From Nocardioidaceae bacterium (GTDB taxonomy: Bacteria > Actinomycetota > Actinomycetes > Propionibacteriales > Nocardioidaceae): a stretch of 51,030 nucleotides of DNA. The notes under the pieces were generated by a model, which was not told the origin of the DNA, did no database searches, and saw only the letters and a program-made list of their open reading frames with translations. The translations under genes were made by a program, and so were the position numbers. Of the stretch, positions 48,506-51,030 are shown one piece after another (positions within the stretch are counted from its first letter, which is position 1; the number at the start of each line of letters is the position of its first letter). The DNA lies in assembly GCA_013698185.1 (NCBI GenBank), contig JACCVL010000044.1:1-51030 (forward strand), given 5' to 3'.

Positions 48506-50557
48506 GTGGGAATCGCCGATAAGGGCAAGCGGCTGTTGCTGGGCCGCAAGCTGCGCAGCACCCAGCTGAGCGAGACGCTGCTCCGCAAGCGGATCGCGCT
48601 GCCCGTCTTCGCCAGCGACGCGCTGTCGTCGGTTGCCTACGCACCGGACGAGATTTTCCTGGTGCTGGCCGCGGCCGGCCTGTCGGCGTACTCGTTCACC
48701 TGGAAGGTCGGTATCGCGGTCGCCCTCGTGATGGCGGTCGTGGTGACGTCGTACCGGCAGAACGTGCAGGCCTATCCCAGCGGTGGCGGCGACTACGAGG
48801 TCGTGACCACCAACCTCGGTGCGACGGCGGGTCTGAGCGTCGGCAGTGCGCTGCTGGTCGACTACGTGCTGACGGTCGCGGTCTCGATCTCGTCGGCCTC
48901 GCAGTACGCCGCCACGGCGGTGCCCGTGCTGGCCGGGCACGAGGTGTCAGTCGCGGTCGGCGCCACCGTCTTCCTCATGGCGGTCAACCTGCGCGGCGTA
49001 CGGGAGTCCGGCCGCGCCTTCGCGGTGCCCACCTACGTGTTCCTGATCGCGATGCTGGCAATGGTCGCCTGGGGCTTCGGCAGGTACCTGTTCGGCACGC
49101 TGCCGGCCGCCGAGAGCGCGCGCTTCGAGCTGGTGCCACAGGAGTCCTTCGGTGACGGTCTGACCAGCGCGGCCTTCGTCTTCTTGCTGCTGCGGGCCTT
49201 CTCGTCGGGCTGCGCCGCGCTCACCGGCGTCGAGGCAATCACCAACGGGGTGCCGGCGTTTCGTAAACCCAAGGGCCGCAACGCCGCGACCACGCTGCTT
49301 CTTCTCGGCCTCATCGCCATCACGATGGCGATGAGCGTGATCACCCTGTCAAACCTCATGGGCGCACGCTTCACCGAGGATCCAGCCACTCAGTTGATGC
49401 GGCCGGACGGCGAGCTCGTGGGTGACGCCTACGTGCAGAACCCGCTCATCGGTCAGCTGGCGGCTGGGATCTTCGACCACTTCCCGGTCGGCTTCTACGT
49501 CGTCACGGTGGCGACCGGCGTCATCTTGGTGCTGGCGGCCAACACCGCGTTCAACGGCTTTCCCGCCCTCGGCTCGATCCTGGCGCGCGACGGCTTCCTT
49601 CCCCGGCAACTGCAGCTGCGCGGCGATCGGCTCACCTTCAGCAACGGGATCATCGGGCTAGCGCTGCTCGCCTGCGTGCTGATCGTGGCCTTCGGTGCCC
49701 AGGTCACCGCCCTCATCCAACTCTACATCGTCGGTGTCTTCGTGTCCTTCACCGCCAGCCAGCTCGGCATGGTTCGGCACTGGAATGCGCGCATTCCCTC
49801 CGAGTCGGACGCCGGCCTCCGCGCCAAGATGCGCCGCAACCGGGTCGTCAACGCGGTGGGATTCGCGGTGACCGGGTCGGTGCTGGTGATCGTGCTGGTC
49901 ACCAAGTTCGCCGCCGGGGCGTGGATCGCCATCGTGGCGATGGCTGTCCTCTTTGCCCTGATGCGGGGCATCCACGGCCACTACGAGGCCCTCGCCGAGG
50001 AGCTCACCATCGACGAGGCCGACCACGGTCTGCCGGCCCGCGTGCACGCGATCGTGCTGGTGTCAAAGCTGCACAAGCCGGCCATGCGTGCCCTTGCCTA
50101 CGCGCGGGCCTCGCGGCCGAACGTGCTCGAGGCGATCAGCATCGACGTCGACCCGGACGCGACCGCCCGGCTGATGGCCGACTGGGACGCGGCGGACGTG
50201 CCCGTCACCCTGCGCGTCTTGGCGTCCCCGTACCGCGAGATCATCCGGCCGATCGTGCTGTATGTGCGCAACATTCGCCGCGACAGCCCCCGCGACATCG
50301 TCGCCGTCTACATCCCCGAGTATGTGGTCGGGCACTGGTGGGAGCAGCTGTTGCACAACCAGACCGCGCTGATCCTGAAGGGCCGGCTGCTGTTTACCCC
50401 CGGGATCATGGTGACCTCTGTGCCCTACCAGCTGCGGTCATCGGCTGCTGCCAAGGCGCGGGCGGAACGGTCGCAGAGCCCGGTCGGGAACATCCGCGGC
50501 GGTGCACGCGGCGGCGGTCAGCCGGGCGCGACCCGCAAACTGCGGGGGGGACCGTGA
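48506..50557 (+). CDS. APC-superfamily permease, KimA (YdaO)-like K+ transporter with a C-terminal cytoplasmic domain
   Basis: 683 aa. From my memory of B. subtilis KimA, the following blocks align along the full length: SDALSSVAYAPDEI, SYRQNVQAYPSGGGDYEV, LLVDYVLTVAVSIS, LRAFSSGCAALTGVEAITNGVPAF, LAANTAFNGFP, RGDRLTFSNGII. The C-terminal WWEQLLHNQTALILKGRLLF...TSVPYQL also aligns. Confidence 0.75.
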   Translation: MGIADKGKRLLLGRKLRSTQLSETLLRKRIALPVFASDALSSVAYAPDEIFLVLAAAGLSAYSFTWKVGIAVALVMAVVVTSYRQNVQAYPSGGGDYEVVTTNLGATAGLSVGSALLVDYVLTVAVSISSASQYAATAVPVLAGHEVSVAVGATVFLMAVNLRGVRESGRAFAVPTYVFLIAMLAMVAWGFGRYLFGTLPAAESARFELVPQESFGDGLTSAAFVFLLLRAFSSGCAALTGVEAITNGVPAFRKPKGRNAATTLLLLGLIAITMAMSVITLSNLMGARFTEDPATQLMRPDGELVGDAYVQNPLIGQLAAGIFDHFPVGFYVVTVATGVILVLAANTAFNGFPALGSILARDGFLPRQLQLRGDRLTFSNGIIGLALLACVLIVAFGAQVTALIQLYIVGVFVSFTASQLGMVRHWNARIPSESDAGLRAKMRRNRVVNAVGFAVTGSVLVIVLVTKFAAGAWIAIVAMAVLFALMRGIHGHYEALAEELTIDEADHGLPARVHAIVLVSKLHKPAMRALAYARASRPNVLEAISIDVDPDATARLMADWDAADVPVTLRVLASPYREIIRPIVLYVRNIRRDSPRDIVAVYIPEYVVGHWWEQLLHNQTALILKGRLLFTPGIMVTSVPYQLRSSAAAKARAERSQSPVGNIRGGARGGGQPGATRKLRGGP

Positions 50558-51030
50558 TCGGCGCGGAGACCGAGACGGCATCACCGTCGCTTGTCGGGAC
50601 CGAGTGCGAGCTGCTGGTCGGGCCGATCGCACACGGGGGCCATTGCGTGGCGCGGTGGGCCGGCCGGGTCGTCTTCGTGCGGCACAGCCTGCCCGGCGAG
50701 CGAGTGTTAGTCCGGATCACCGAGGGGGACGAGTCCAGCCGTTTCTTGCGTGGTGACGCCATCGACGTGCTGGACGCCGCGTCGGGAAGGGTGCAGCCAC
50801 CCTGTCCGTACTCCGGACCCGGCCGGTGTGGTGGCTGTGACTTCCAGCATGTTGCTCCGAGACGGCAGCGCGAGCTGCTCGGCGACGTGGTGGCCGAGCA
50901 GCTGCAGCGGCTTGCCGGTCTGGACTGGCCGGTGCAGGTGGCGGCCGTCGAGCCCGATGCCCTCGGTTGGCGTACCAGGATGGGGTGGTCAGTCGGCACC
51001 GACGACGTCGTCGGCCTGCGCCGATACCGC
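50554..51030 (+). CDS. TrmA/RumA-family SAM-dependent RNA (uracil-5) methyltransferase, N-terminal part (TRAM domain + Fe-S Cys cluster); continues beyond the window
   Basis: The GTG start overlaps the upstream stop (GTGA). The open frame runs to the window end and translates as ...GPIAHGGHCVARWAGRVVFVRHSLPGERVLVRI...CPYSGPGRCGGCDFQH. Confidence 0.8.
   Translation, partial: MIGAETETASPSLVGTECELLVGPIAHGGHCVARWAGRVVFVRHSLPGERVLVRITEGDESSRFLRGDAIDVLDAASGRVQPPCPYSGPGRCGGCDFQHVAPRRQRELLGDVVAEQLQRLAGLDWPVQVAAVEPDALGWRTRMGWSVGTDDVVGLRRYR

Overview
This is a very GC-rich, gene-dense core chromosome segment from an Actinomycetota genome; I estimated GC by eye and could not resolve the order. I found about 50 protein-coding genes and no rRNA, tRNA, CRISPR array, transposase, integrase or compositional island. 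All calls rest on reading the supplied ORF translations for family motifs, GC3 and frame behaviour, ribosome-binding sites (RBS) and start/stop overlaps. No database search was possible.

Gene order:
- livHMG(F) branched-chain amino-acid ABC importer
- DUF554 protein and a PaaI-type thioesterase
- polA-rpsA-coaE
- a group-2 sigma factor (sigB-like)
- a tightly packed dinB-ptrB-drrA-drrB string, with drrA broken by two 1-nt deletions
- DUF4192 protein, GCS2-family ligase, universal stress protein (USP), HhH-GPD protein
- the principal sigma factor (sigA/hrdB-like)
- parE-like gene, the lprG-p55 operon, parC-like gene
- a frameshifted HIBADH-like dehydrogenase
- an AMP-forming acyl-CoA synthetase facing a GNAT+NDP-forming-ACS (Pat-type) lysine acetyltransferase
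- DUF5998 protein, alkaline-phosphatase-family protein, rhodanese
- sepH, an MFS transporter, ferrochelatase, suhB
- the conserved actinobacterial block DUF4193/DUF4235/DUF3093/dut/DUF3710/OB-fold/DUF3159/trkA-trkA/APC permease/TrmA-like methyltransferase. From memory this is syntenic with M. tuberculosis Rv2689c-Rv2703.

I did not find an obvious novel multi-gene accessory system such as a defence or biosynthetic cluster. The leads I consider most worth following:
1. Two RCK/TrkA genes sit back-to-back with a full-length KimA-like APC K+ transporter, and no TrkH/KtrB gene is in view.
2. Two exact GGAAT-N18-GTT (SigR/SigH-type ECF) promoter motifs lie in the correct orientation upstream of the group-2 sigma gene and of the DUF4193 gene.
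3. A Pat-type acetyltransferase lies divergent from an acyl-CoA synthetase that carries the acetylatable PKTxSGKI lysine motif.
4. LivH carries a secreted N-terminal beta-rich domain.
5. Three independent single-base deletions disrupt two genes.
6. A perfect 22-bp tandem duplication with a palindromic core fills one convergent spacer.
7. Two unannotated small ORFs have strong coding signatures.
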